A DNA stretch of 64,000 nucleotides from Mustelus asterias (lineage: Eukaryota), in NCBI RefSeq assembly GCF_964213995.1, contig NC_135822.1:53010001-53074000 (forward strand), in the 5' to 3' direction. Shown here piece after piece: positions 50,307 to 63,063 of the stretch (position 1 is the first letter of the stretch; every line of letters begins with the position of its first letter). Under the pieces are notes generated by a model. It saw only the letters and a program-made list of their open reading frames with translations. It was not told the DNA's origin and made no database searches. The position numbers and the translations under genes are program-made.

Positions 50307-50360
50307 CAGGCGGGAATAGCCCTCTGCACTTTGGGGAAGGAACGAAGTTAACGATTTTGG
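50307..50360 (+). CDS. TRBJ: J-beta 6: GGNSPLHFGEGTKLTIL
   Basis: FGXG motif, GTGAGT donor, RSS TGTTTTAGT-12-TATAGTG. Confidence 0.93.
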
Positions 50361-50631
50361 GTGAGTTCGATTTATATCTTTATTGAAGCAAGAGTCGTGT
50401 GTTTTGAGCAGTTGAATGACAGAAATGAGGAAAGTTTGCAGCACTATTAGGACTGCAGTATTGAGAACACGCATAATTTCAATTAAGTACCGCCTCGTCC
50501 GTTCATAAGTTTGCATTAACTTATGGTTATCTCATGCTAAGTGAAGACCACTATCAAATATCAATGTTTGGGCAGTAGGATTTGCCAAGTAACTGTTGAG
50601 GCGCGTTTTTGTGAAGTGACATGATGATGTG

Positions 50632-50687
50632 GTACACTAGTAATCAACCCGTGAATTTTGGGGAGGGAACCAAACTCACTGTCTTAG
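50632..50687 (+). CDS. TRBJ: J-beta 7: YTSNQPVNFGEGTKLTVL
   Basis: FGXG motif, GTAAGT donor, RSS CGTTTTTGT-12-TGATGTG. Confidence 0.94.
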
Positions 50688-50939
50688 GTAAGTGAGCTTA
50701 TCAAAATGTATCACGTAGCATTTGGTCATTCATCTCAATCAGCATTGCAACACCTCACAAATGTCTCTGGTAGTTTTAAAGAAAGGCAGCGAATATGAAA
50801 TGTGCAAAGACATTTGAAATAATTTTATGAAAGAATCAACAACTGAACAACTAACTGAATGTAAAGGAAAATATGTGGTGTTGAAGGGCGAACGAGAGAG
50901 GAAATTAGATCCATTTATTGAGAAATATTGTAAAAATAG

Positions 50940-51340
50940 AATAAGCTAGAGCAGGAGGAGGACATTCTGACAGCCCAGCTTGTTCTGCCACTTGGAAATA
51001 TCATGGCTGATCTGACCTTGACTCAATTCCACTTACTTCTCTGTTCCACAGAACCCCCTAGATCCTATAATTCGAAATCTGTGTAACTCTCTTGAATCTA
51101 ATCAATGGTTCAACCTTCCCAGCTCTCTGAGGTTGAGAATTACGAAAATATGTGACTCTGAAAGGGAAAAGGTTCCTTTTCACCTCCCTTCCAAATGGGT
51201 AACCAGTTCTTCTGAAACTATTGTGCCAGAATTTTTGATTCCCACGAGGAGAAAATGTCACTGTGCATTTCCCTTGAGAAGCCCCATTCAAAATCGGATA
51301 TTTTAAACTAAGATCTCCTCTCGGTTTTCATTCTCCAGTT
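50940..51340 (-). mobile_element. Old CR1-type LINE 3' fragment
   Basis: Minus-strand FGREVKRNLFPFRVTYFRNSQPQRA resembles the CR1 C-terminus. Confidence 0.65.
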
Positions 51341-51549
51341 CGAGAGTAATTAATAGATAAAACTGGAAGAGGATGGTAAATTATAGAGACATGGCTGCAG
51401 GAAAGAATAAAATAGGATATGAAAGCAATATAGCAAAATAAACGGCATGGCGGAATATAACACAGTACAATATGAACCAGCTGTGTTCATTAACTAAGGT
51501 GTAAAAAGCTGAAAATATTCTAGTTTTATTGCAACCTTGTAACATCGTG

Positions 51550-51593
51550 TCAGGAAGCTATGATTGGTGCTGGTACAAGACTCGTTGTTTTTG
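51550..51593 (+). CDS. TRBJ: J-beta 8 (non-canonical): QEAMIGAGTRLVVF
   Basis: IGAG in place of FGXG; GTAAGT donor in the correct phase; RSS AGTTTTATT-12-CATCGTG. Confidence 0.8.
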
Positions 51594-53289
51594 GTAAGTT
51601 ATATCGCGTTGAATTGCTATATCAGAGAAAATCATTGAATGAAGACTGATAAAATAATGTCAAATTGAAATTTAAACTTATTGAAAGCTTTCTGCTGAAC
51701 CTAGTGTCTGATATATCAGCACAGCCTTAAGCGTGTGCATGTTCATGTTCCATCAATTTCTGCTACAGGTCGCTATATGGAATATCCAATATTTCCTGGG
51801 GAAAAAAAACAAATTTGTTTGGCGCAATCAGCATGTGACAAATGCCTTGAATAATAGAGGCAGAATGCTCTAGCCCGCTCCTAATGTTCCTGTATCAATA
51901 GAACGGTGTTTGATGGTAGACGTGAGATAGCAACAGAAATCGATCATAAATAAGGAACATTAGAATGAAGAGTTATTGATTATGGAAAACACATTCATTT
52001 ATAAGGCACACACAGGAGCTTGAGCAGGGAAACTATATTTAACATTCATAAATCACTAGTCAGTCTCAGCCGGAGTAATGTATCTTATTCTGGGTGCCGC
52101 TGGTTAGGAAGGATCTCAAAGCATTAGATATGTTGCACAATCAGATTAAGTTAAATATTTGCAAAGCTCATGCCTGAATTCAAACGATATATTATTACAA
52201 GGAACGATTACACAAAATGGTATTATATTCAATGGAATTTAAACGGTTAAAGGGTGATTTCGAGATATTATGAGGAATTGATAATGTAATAGAGGGAAAC
52301 TATTTACGTTGAATATTCAAAAGAGCACGATCTAAAAATCAGAAGCAGATCTTTCGGGAGCGAAATTGACAAACGTTTCTACAGGCAAATGATGTCCACA
52401 CTGGAATTATTCGCCTTCGAGCATGTTAAGTTTTGACTGAGGTCTCGGAAATAATAAAGGTTTTGGGTGCAGAATAAAATCGGAACAATATCCGTTGGCT
52501 GAAGTATCTGTAACCAAAGGGAGCATATTTAAGGCATGATTGCCTTGGAAATCTATCACCATTTGTTCACTGTCACTGTTCAAATACTTGGAATTTCCTC
52601 CCTAAATGCACCACTGATGTGCCCATACCACTTGGACTGCAGCGGTTCAAGAAGGCGTCTTCCCATCATATTATCAAGGGCAATTATGGATAGGCAGCAA
52701 AGTTGGCCTAGCGAGCGAAACCTGCATCCAGTGTATGATGAGAAATGCGTGAATTGGCTAAATGCTTGAAAGGAAACTATTTGCTCCATCGTACAGAGTA
52801 ATGTACAGTCACTATATATATAAACGTATTGGGAAATTACCTAACTCAGAATTGTAAGAATTTGGGGAGATTTGTCTGAAGGGCTGTTGATTACTGACTC
52901 CATGAATAGATTCAAATAGTATTTGTACGAATATAGGATCACAAGAACACGGGAACTGGATCAAACCATTTAAAGTTTCTAGTCTCATCCAGCATTCAAT
53001 AGATAATGGCCGATGTTCTCTCCAATTCCAAATACACACTTTCGCCCCTGAACCCTATTTCTGTTTGCATAAAGTAACATCGAACAGAGATTTAAAGGTT
53101 GTCAATAAATAAAGGATGATTTATCATTTTCGGAAGACAGATGCAAATTTATAGCACCTGTTGTCTGTAGAATTGTTTCCAATTTCATCCCTGAAAGATC
53201 TGGCATTATTTTTAAAAATGATGTCCCAGAGTAATAGTGTACCAACCTGCGGGATTTTTCAAATTATCTTCTACCCTATCCGCTAAAAC

Positions 53290-53620
53290 AAATTGAAAGA
53301 CAGAGTCAATGGATGGGAGGCTGGTTTGCGTGATGGATTGGGCGACATATACGACCTTTTGTAATTCCTTGTGATCTTGGGCAGAATAGGAGCCATACCA
53401 AGCTGTGATATAACTAGAAAGAATTATTTCTATGGTGCATCTGTAAAAGTTGGTGAGAGTCGTAGCTGACATGCTCAATTTCCTTCGTCTTCTGAGAAAG
53501 TAGAAGCATTTCTAGGGTTTCTTAATTATAGTGTCGGCATGGGGGGACCAGCACAGGTTGTTGGTGACCAAAAAACTTGAAGCTCTCGATCATTTCTTTT
53601 TCGTCCTCATTGATGTAGGG
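53290..53620 (-). mobile_element. Non-LTR retrotransposon 3' fragment
   Basis: Minus-strand LTNFYRCTIEIILSSYITAWYG...LQKVVYVAQSIT...LPSI. Confidence 0.7.
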
Positions 53621-54134
53621 GAACGAAGTAGAAAACTGAGAAACAGGATTGCTATGAGTAAAATCGGGTATAGAAAAAATCATGATAAGAGGGAAACATA
53701 TATGGAAGATGGGACAAGAAAGAGAGAAAGAAAGAGAGCGAGGGAGGGGGAGAGAAAGTGCGAAAGGAAAAGTAATGAACAACTAAATTTAATAAAATTA
53801 ATTAACATTTGTAAAAACAGTTTACAACCTGTAAAAATTAAACATCATATTCCATAATTGTGACGTTTCTGGTACAGTGAGGTTCATTACCATGGTGTTA
53901 AGATTTATCACACAATTAAAACCATAATTACTTTGTTGATAAAATACAACTTTCTTTGTCAAATGTGCCATCAGTGGTGATTTAAGCAATTTTATTGTCT
54001 ACTGCTGTATCCTACAATTGCCTTATGCCTCTCAATATTCCAATCAAAAGTCAGAAAATCATAAATCTCTATGCATTTTGGAAAATAGGTCGATAATAGC
54101 CTTCCAGGCTAAATAAGCATGGAGATGCACTGTG

Positions 54135-54180
54135 ATCTCTGACGCAGGCTACTATGGTGCATAGTACCGGGTGAATTTGG
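54135..54180 (+). pseudogene. Possible decayed J-beta relic
   Basis: Consensus CACTGTG heptamer (54128-54134) followed by ISDAGYYGA*YRVNL; no donor, poor nonamer. Confidence 0.3.
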
Positions 54181-55148
54181 CTGATTTCCCTGCCAGTGGA
54201 GGCACTCAGATTAAGAGAACAGCATTTTTAAATTAGCATTCAAGTGAAATAAGATTTTTTGTTTTCACAGAAAGGTAAATAGAAATGTGGCACCCACCTC
54301 CCCCGCCACCGTCCTTCCCCACTGTCCCGCATCCCACAACTAACACCACCTAAATAAGACAGTAGGTTCCATATTAATTTTCATCAACGTGTTAACGGAA
54401 AAGTAAAGTTCGACAAGTACTCATTCCTTTACAGATGACCTCAGCAATAAAGGGCTGCTGCAGATTTGACAACAGAAGCAAATCCTTGACAACATTTGCA
54501 AAAAAGGAAGCAGCATCCTTCTTACCTGTTCTTCTTAAACATAACAAGCTACAGAAGAGCAGGAGGAGACCATTCATCCCTTGGATCCATTTTGCCATTC
54601 AGTTAGATCATAGATGAACTGCATTTTAGCTCCATCTAACAATGTTTGTTTCTGTAGTCATGAATACTCTTATGCAACAACAATATTGTATGTAATAAAC
54701 AAAGGTTAATCAAGACATTATAAGATGAAACTTTAGATGAAAAACAGCCCTTGCCTTCATGAAAATAATTGAATTGCACAAATATTGGGGTTAAACGCAT
54801 GACAAACCATATTGTAAAGCCTTGATTTCAAGCCAAAATCAGTAGAAAGCACCAAGTAGCTTAACAATTACATTCTGCACACTAAAGTAATAAATGGGGT
54901 CAGCTGCATTTTTCGGATGTGGAAAATATTGGCATTCATTTCCCATTCTCTGTTTAGCTGAAGCAGGTATTACTGGGTTTGTTCCTTAAACAATGGTACT
55001 TGGTTTCGGTAAAAGGGAATTGCTGCTTCAGAGAGTACTTAAGAGATAAACACACAGCTCAGTAGTTATATGCCACACTGATGAATGGTTGCCATATGTG
55101 AGCCGAGCATCTTTCACTGCAGCATTATTTTACTTATCTATGACAACT

Positions 55149-55191
55149 CAATATGTTATTTGGGGGAACGGGATTGTATGCAGAGTTCTGG
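55149..55191 (+). pseudogene. Possible decayed J-beta relic QYVIWGNGIVCRVL
   Basis: W/F-G-X-G-xxxx-VL spacing with a phase-1 GTAAAT donor exactly where a J would end; RSS unconvincing. Confidence 0.4.
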
Positions 55192-55284
55192 GTAAATACC
55201 AGTTAATGAATTTAAAGCATTTTGAGTATGAGTTCAACAAACCTAAAAGATAGAACATGTCCTTATGGTTCTGAAATGTTAATT

Positions 55285-55600
55285 AGAATCGTAGAATCTT
55301 AGAATCCATATGGTAGAAAAAGGAAGCCATTCGGCCCATCGAATCTGTACCGACAACAATCCGACTTAGACACTATTCCCATGTATTTTCTACGCTCATT
55401 CCCCTGACATTAACATTCAATTCAGCATAGCCAATTTACCTAACCCGCACATCTTTGGAGTGTGGGAGGAAACCGGAGAAACCAGAGACAACCCAAGGCA
55501 GATGCGGGGAGAACGTGCAAACTCCATACAGATAAGGCCGGAATTGAGGTCGGGTCCCTGGCACTGTGAGACAGCAGTGCGAGCCCCTGTACCACCCTGC
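55285..55600 (-). mobile_element. HE1-type SINE
   Basis: Reverse complement of the 7006 SINE. Confidence 0.82.
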
Positions 55601-55974
55601 TCCCCTACATAGAATTACAAGGAACTCACAGCTAGCCACCTTTCATCACACCTCATCTAATCCAAAAAAGATATTCTGCTATATTTCTTCATCCAGAATT
55701 CTCCTCAAATGCATTGATGATATTTGTCTCAACCACCACGTTGGTAGCGGGTTCAACATCCTCACCACTTCCTGGGTAAAGTGAATTCTCCCGAAATCAT
55801 TAATGGATCTACTGAGCTAATAATAGCACTTAATTCTGCGTTCAGTTTGAAAAAGACTTACTCAAGTCGCAAACAATAATCTTAAACGTTAACAAAACTA
55901 ATTACACATGTCTGAGGAGAGAAATGGTTTAGATTAATTGTGTAGATAAACGAAATCATATGGAGGGAAATGAA

Positions 55975-56320
55975 TGGTGTGTAATAATGTTTTGCACTGC
56001 TGTCTCACAGCACCAGGGATCCGGGTTAAATTCCAGTGTTGGGTGACTGTGTGAAGTTAACACGTTTTGTCCCGTGTCTACATGGGTTTCATCCAGGTGC
56101 TCTGGTTTCCTTCCACTGTCCGAAAGATGTGCAGGTTAGCTTATTCTCGGTTCTAAATTGTCCTGTCGTGTCCAAAAATGTGTAGGTTAAGTGGATTAGG
56201 GGGATAAATATGTGGGGTCTCATGAATAGGACCTGGGTGGGATGCTCTGTCAGAGAATAGGTGCATAATCGGTGGGCCGAATGCCTTCATTGTAAATGGT
56301 AGGGTTTCTATGCTTCTATG
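55975..56320 (+). mobile_element. Diverged HE1-type SINE
   Basis: Degenerate match to the 7006 SINE. Confidence 0.78.
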
Positions 56321-56399
56321 AATTAATGAAACAATTCAAAATCCTCAACAAACGTAGATTTTATTAAAATACAACAGCTCAGTGAGACAGGCTTATCCG

Positions 56400-57935
56400 T
56401 TGCTCACTCAGGAAGGTAAGAATGATATTAGATTAAGAGAAGAGGTTCACAATATGGCAAAAGAAAAGTAGCAAGTCTGAGGATTGAGATTATTTCGACA
56501 ACAGCTCAGGATCAAGCAAAGATGGGAATCAGGGGAAAGGTAGAATACGAGAACAAACTAGCCAGATTGCAAGATTTTTAGAAGTATATAAGTATTTCAA
56601 ACATATGAAGAGCAAGTGAATAACTAAATGAAACGGAGACAGGGGAAATTATCATGGGGAAGGATGAAATGATTAAATATATATTTTATGACCAATTTAA
56701 CAGTCGAAGACTCGAGTTTCATACAAGAAACACATGACAACCTAGACTGAGAAGATTAAGGAAATTAACACGAGTACAGAATAAAGTATTGGCAAGGTTA
56801 GAGAGACTAAAATCCGGCAAATAATTCCAGGGACCTGATGATGCGCATCACAGTGTTCTAAAAGAGATGACTGCAGAGATAGTGCTGATCATAATTTTCT
56901 TGAATTCCTTATATTTGCGAATCCTCGCATTGGATTAGAAGTTGGCAAATGTTACATTATTTGTCAAGAAAGAAGAGAGAGGAAACAACTAGAACCAGAA
57001 GGCACAACCTCAAGCTAAAGGGACGATCCTTTAAAACAGAGATGAGGAGGAATTTCTTCAGCCAGAGAGTGGTGAATGTGTGAATCTCTTTGCCACAGAA
57101 GGTTGTGGAGGCCGGGTCATTGAGTGTCTTTAAGACATAGATAGATAGGTTCTTGATTAATAAGGGGATCAGGGGTTATGGGGAAAAGGCAGGAGAATGG
57201 AGATGAGAAAAATATCAGCCATGATTGAATGGTGGAGCAGACTCGATGGGCCGAGTGGCCTAATTCTGCTTCTATGCCTTGTAGTCTTCTGGTCTACAAT
57301 GAACTTCAATGCAGTTAATCTGACATCAGTTGTGGGAAAATGGTGGAGTCTATCATTACGGAAGTTTTAATAACACACTTAGGAAAACATAGTATGATTA
57401 GAACAAGCCAAGTTGTTTTACTACTCCTATTCATGTACAAAAAGACTTGGGTGTGATTGTAGATTGAACTCAGGAAGCAAGCAAGCTAATAGGCAGACAA
57501 ATGGCATGCTGGCATGTATCGCAAAAAGATTGGAGTACAAAAATAAAGACAATTTGATGCAGATATTCTAGTCTTTGTGATACTATATCTGAATTACTGA
57601 ATGCAGTTTTGGACTTCACATTTAAGGAATGGTATACATGCATTGAAGGCAATGCAACGAACGTTCACTAGATTGGTCCCTCGGATGAGAAGGTTCTCGT
57701 AAGATGATAAGCTCACTACATTTTGCTTTTTATTTTCTGGAGCTGGAAGAATGATCGGTAATCTCATGAAAACCTGCTAACTCTGAAAGGGCTTGATGGA
57801 GTATACAGTGAGAGATTGTTTCTGCTGCTGAGGGACTCTAAAATATAAAGAAGCAGTCTTTGGATAAAGTGCAGATTATTTGGAAATGAGATGAGGAGAA
57901 CTTTCTTCATTCATAGAGTTGTGAAGCTTTGCAAG
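56400..57935 (+). mobile_element. Old CR1-type LINE with a younger CR1 3' fragment nested at about 56988-57296
   Basis: Decayed PGPDD/ANVT motifs; nested piece AGAGATGAGGAGGAATTTCTTCAGCCAGAGAGTGG with tail. Confidence 0.72.
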
Positions 57936-58936
57936 CTCCAGCGTTTTCAATCCAATTACTTTAATTTATGGTTTAAGAGATTTATTCGGGATTCAGACCA
58001 AAAGTTCCATGAATCATTTGCTGTGCTCATGATTCTAATATTTATCCTCGAAAGAAATTCTAACACAGTTAACAGTACTATTTATATTTAAATATTAACT
58101 ATCTTCAATTGAAAATGCAGCTTGCTGATTAAGGTGATTGGCAAAAAAGAGAGAAAGGGGGACTGAAGTTATTTTTTAAAGAGTGGGTTATTTGATCCAG
58201 AATGCACGGCTGGGCATGTTGATGGAAGTAGATTTAATGGTATTATTTTTGAAGGAAATGGATAACCAATCTGAAAGGCCAATGTACTGTACTGTGAGAA
58301 AATAGAGAGGCTGGATGAAATGGGGCAAAATTGATACCTCCACCAAAGTGCTTGCAATCATGTGATGGGCCGAATGGCCTAGTTAATTACCATATAAGAC
58401 GATGGCTACGTTGTTGACCACACCGGCTGAAATAAACATCCGGTAGAGCTCAACCCAGACAGAGTAAGTGGCAGTCCATTAAACTGAAAACAAGAATCCG
58501 GATCACACTTTGAGCTTGACAGGAAAAGATTTTCTGCCTCACGCAAAATTACACTGCGTATAGTGAGCTAAGCTTTAATTTAGAAACATATAATCTTGGA
58601 ACAGAAGTGGGCCCTTTGACCCTTCAAATCTGCTCCACCATTCAATATGATCATGGTTGATCCTTTATCTCAATGCCATAATGTCGCTTTTTCCTGCAGC
58701 CCATGATGCCTTTAAAGTCTAAAAATAAAATACATTCATGTCTAATTAAACATTTTTGCCTATCGTTACTTCTCCTCAAGAAAGTTGAGGCTAGCTGCAT
58801 TTTTGAATATCTGCTGTCCCCGTGATGTAGGTATACTCACAGTTTCCCAACAAACGCGTTCTATCACAACAAAACTCAGACTGGTTTCATTTTCATCCGT
58901 GTTCTCACCATTTATTTTTGTTTAATTTGCACACAG

Positions 58937-59275
58937 AACATGAGATTAAGAATGCCACAGTTACGATCTTTGAACCCTCTCCCGAAGAGATCGAAGAGAA
59001 GAAAAATGCGACTGTGGTTTGTCTTGTATCTGACTTCTACCCCGACAACATCCAGATCAACTGGTTTGTCGATGGTGAGGAAAGGAAGGCCATTGACATT
59101 CAGACCGATCTCAATTCCATTTCAATGGATGGGAACAAGTCCTTCAGCATCAGCAGTCGCCTTCGATTCACGGCTAAAGACTGGGTCAAGTCCAAGACGG
59201 TCACGTGTGAAGTGAAGCACTACGCTAACGGATCAACGCCATACATCCACATGGACATGATTAATGTCAACGCTG
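58937..59275 (+). CDS. TRBC: TCR beta constant exon 1 (C1-set Ig domain)
   Basis: EHEIKNATVTIFEPSPEEIEEKKNATVVCLVSDFYPDNIQINWFVDG...SFSISSRLRF...W...VTCEVKHY. FEPS..EI..K.ATxVC and SSRLR are C-beta signatures. CAG acceptor, GTAGG donor, 339 bp. Confidence 0.96.
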
Positions 59276-59577
59276 GTAGGCCTACTGAAGCGATCCATAC
59301 GATTCTACTTTAGTTTCGAAGAAAGCCATATCTTGCCCGGTTCCTGTGCTCTTCTCAGTGATGAAGTACATGAATCTGTAGATCAATAAATAGCTAAATA
59401 AACAATTCAAAACTACACAGAACAAATGTAATGGTAAACAATGTCAAAATGTATACTTAAGTGACTGTTGCAAGTTAACAAACTGAAAATAGCTTACAAC
59501 TGTGATAATTTGCATCTACACAGTAATTCCATAAAGTATCAGGAGCTTAAATTTTTTTTGTCTTCATTTTTTTTCAG

Positions 59578-59598
59578 AAATCTGTGGTCTAAGTAAAG
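59578..59598 (+). CDS. TRBC: TCR beta constant exon 2 (hinge EICGLSK with the interchain Cys)
   Basis: Long T tract and CAG acceptor, 21-bp phase 1-1 exon, GTAAGT donor. Confidence 0.92.
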
Positions 59599-60258
59599 GT
59601 AAGTCACCATATCCTCCTAGCTGCATCTGGGTACTACACTTTGGGAAGAGTGGGAGTTTCCTTCAGAGGATGCAAAAGAGATTTACCAAAATGGTCCCAG
59701 AGATTGGGGTTTAGATACAAGGTTGGCTTGGAGAAGCTGGGGTTTCTCTCCTTCCAGGAAAAGAGATTGAATAAAGATCTGATGGAGATGTAAATATTGT
59801 CCTAGCTTTAGACAATGTAGACAAAGAAAGGTTACTACATTACGGGATGATATAAGGACTAGGGGCCACATATATAATGACTTAGGCAAAAGATGTAGGG
59901 GTAATTTCAGGAAGTATTTGTTTTATGTAAATTGTAATGAAATGGAATGGTAACTGCCCAGGAAAGTGGAAGCACAATCATCAATGATTTCAAAAGCAAA
60001 TTAGATGGGCATTTGAGAAAAATAGAGTTGCAGAGCGACAGGGATACAGCAGGAGGATGGAAACGACTGAACATCTCTACAGAGAGACACTATTGACTGG
60101 ATGAGCCGAATGGTCTTCCTCTGTTCCATAGTGATGCTTCGGCATTAAGTAGTTACAGCACATCAATTGTAATTCTGAAATTATTATTATAAGTTATTTA
60201 ATGCTTACTTCATTTTAATATGTGGATAGAGTTGTTTTCTAATAAAAATACTACAATC

Positions 60259-60995
60259 TATTAAGGTACCAGATCAGAAACCGTAATCTATATTATGAAG
60301 CCAGGCTAGACCCAACAACTTTCTATTTGTGCATCAACATGAGGTTAGACTGATTAACTCCAGGCGTGATTCTACTGACACACTAAGAAGTTTTTATCAC
60401 AATAAACTTAATTTAGCAACACAGTTTAGTTAGAACAAATGAATTAGCTTATTATTTAGCAATTGAACGATACAATAACATGACAAGATAAAAAAAATTA
60501 TTGCTATGAGTTCCAAATCAAGTAATGTTCCTCTTACAGACTAAAACCTTTCTTTAAAATCAGTGAGCAGAACACAGGCACACATGCTGTGACTGAGCTT
60601 AGCAGGCTTTGGAGCTTTCATAAAGCCTTTGGCGAGCAAAACAGAAGAACATTGTTTTATTCAGGCAGCCCAGGCAGCAACTGCTTGTATTTCTAAAAAA
60701 TGAGACTGAAGCAGTATTTCTTTCCTGTAAGCTTACTTCCTCCCATTAATCACATAAGTATGTCCCAGCCAATCAACCTAATCTAAACACTTCTCTGAAT
60801 ACCGAGGGGAACCTAATTAGTGCTGCTTAAACAAACACTCCGTGTCTAAAATGAATACTTATCTTGTTCTCCCAGCTACAAATGTATGCTTGTCTTAGAC
60901 AAATCAGCACCTTGCAAAACAGATCTGAATTATAAACATACCTCTGACAAGAAACATGAGTTAAATATTTTTCTTAAAGGCACCATATCATTACA
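60259..60995. mobile_element. Solo LTR-like element in the C intron
   Basis: Same terminal motifs as the elements at 17927 and 62229; ends ...TTCTTAAAGGCACCATATCATTACA. Confidence 0.6.
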
Positions 60996-60999
60996 GCTC

Positions 61000-62040
61000 A
61001 CAGAATCGTTAGGTCAGAGATGGAGGCCATTCGGTCCACTGTGTCTTCACTGGCTCTCCAAATACGTATCATGACTTAGTGCCATTCCCCTGCCCTTTCC
61101 TGAACCCCTGTACACTGTTTCTATTAAAATAATTACACAAATCCCTCTTGAATGCCTCGATTGAATTTGCCTTCGATGCAATTCCAGGCAGTGCATCCCA
61201 GACCTGAAGCTCTTCCTTCTTGAAAAAAAATCTTTCTTGAATCATATTTGCATCCTTTGCAAATGTAGTTCAACTGTGCATGCACATTTGTGATCCTCTT
61301 ATAAGCGGTAGCGGTGTTTCCCTATATGATCTGACGAGACCCCACATGATTTTAAACATTTTGATCAAATCTCTTATGAACTTCTTTCTCTCCAAGGAGA
61401 GCGGCTCCAATATACCCTCAAAACTGAAATTTCTCATTCCTCTCCATTTTGTTCACGTCCTTCCTATAGTCTGGCACCCACTGTTCACAATACTCCAGCT
61501 GAGGTCTAACCAATCTCTGGTTAAATTTGGCATAGCCCCCTTCATTTTACACTCTGTAACAGATATTGTATCCTTTATTAACTGTTCTCTTTCCTCTGTC
61601 CTGCCATCTTCAATGATCAATGCACAGGTCCCTCTACTCCTGCACACCCTAAGGATTTTACCACTTATTTTATATTGTCTTTACATGTTCTTCCATCCAA
61701 AGCTTATTACCTCACATATATCCGCAACGAACCTCACCTGCCATCTATCTTCACAGTCCAGCAACTTGTCTTTGTAACTTTCAAGTTATGCACATTGTTC
61801 CCCTCATATTTTAAAATACTTTCCAATTTTGGTTCATCCGTAAACTTTGAAAGTGTCCCCTGCACAGCTAGATCTAGATCATTCATAGTGATCAGGAAAA
61901 GCAGGAGTCCCAATACTGAAAATATCCATTGACCATTAATATCTCCTTCCTGTTATTCAGCCCATTTTACATCCACGTTCCTGCTGTTCTTTTTTTCACA
62001 AGTCTATTTTTGACATTATATTCAATGCCATTTACCATTG
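61000..62040 (-). mobile_element. Old CR1-type LINE fragment
   Basis: Reverse CR1 tail (GGAGGCCATTCGG...) followed by decayed RT sequence. Confidence 0.65.
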
Positions 62041-62228
62041 CATTGATGATAAAAAATCTTGTAAAGAAGGAAATGTAATTGGGCTTTCCAAAGTTTACTG
62101 ACCAGATCAATTATCATAGAAGTCTCCTGGACTCAACTCAGAGGAATATATGTTTCCCTGTGATGAGGAAAAAGAACGGCCTGGCAGTGGGTTGAGGGAG
62201 TTGATTGGAATTACATCTGGCTTAAAGC

Positions 62229-63063
62229 TGTTATAATCCAAGTCAGAAACTCCAAGGTGCTTTGAGAAGTCAGCCCAGATCATAAGGTTTGCACTTTGAA
62301 TTTTGGCACGGGTAAGGATAAAATATTTCACTCCAGGTATGCTTCAAATGACACTCTAGGGAGCTTTTACCAAACAGAATTTTTAAAGAATATATTAAAC
62401 TCGTAGAAAGAAAATGAGCACGAAGTTTTACCAAATATAAACAGCAAAGAAAACAACCATAAACCTCAACAACCTAATGTACTGTTCGTACCAAATGAAC
62501 CTTGTTACAAACATTCACCCGTCCCAGTTTTAATAGAAAAAGTAAGAATGCTCACGTGATGCTGGATCTTGCAGATTTCCAACTCCCCTCCCCGTGGTGC
62601 ACTCCTTTGGAAGATGAGTTCAAAAAACTGACGCCTTCAACCCTGATACTTTCAGCACACTTCAAGAGGCACAGAAACTCCTTTCCTCGAGTTCCTAGTT
62701 AACCAGCTTCCAAGAGCTAAACTTCCAATATCAGGGAGAGGCACTGAAATAATACTTGGAGTATGCAGTCCTCACAGCTACAAATTAGCCAAAGTGAAAG
62801 TGATGTTCTCCTGTAAGAAACACAACTGTTCGACCTGACCTGTCAATCATTCTTGCCCCGACAATTCAAATCTGTTGGAAGCTCCAGGACAGTGCATTAG
62901 GCCAAATGAAAACTAAACAAACAGCCTATTATATGACTCCAGCAAGAATGAAAGCACATCGACTGAGACAGGTCGGCAACCAACACAAAAGGGCAAACCC
63001 TCCTAAAAGAATTGCAAAGAAACATGATGAAAATGCACTTCTTAAAGACACAGTAGCGTCACA
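62229..63063. mobile_element. Solo LTR (TG...CA) in the C intron
   Basis: TGTTA...TCACA termini, 4-bp near-duplication AAGC/AAAC, homology to 17927 and 60259. Confidence 0.68.
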
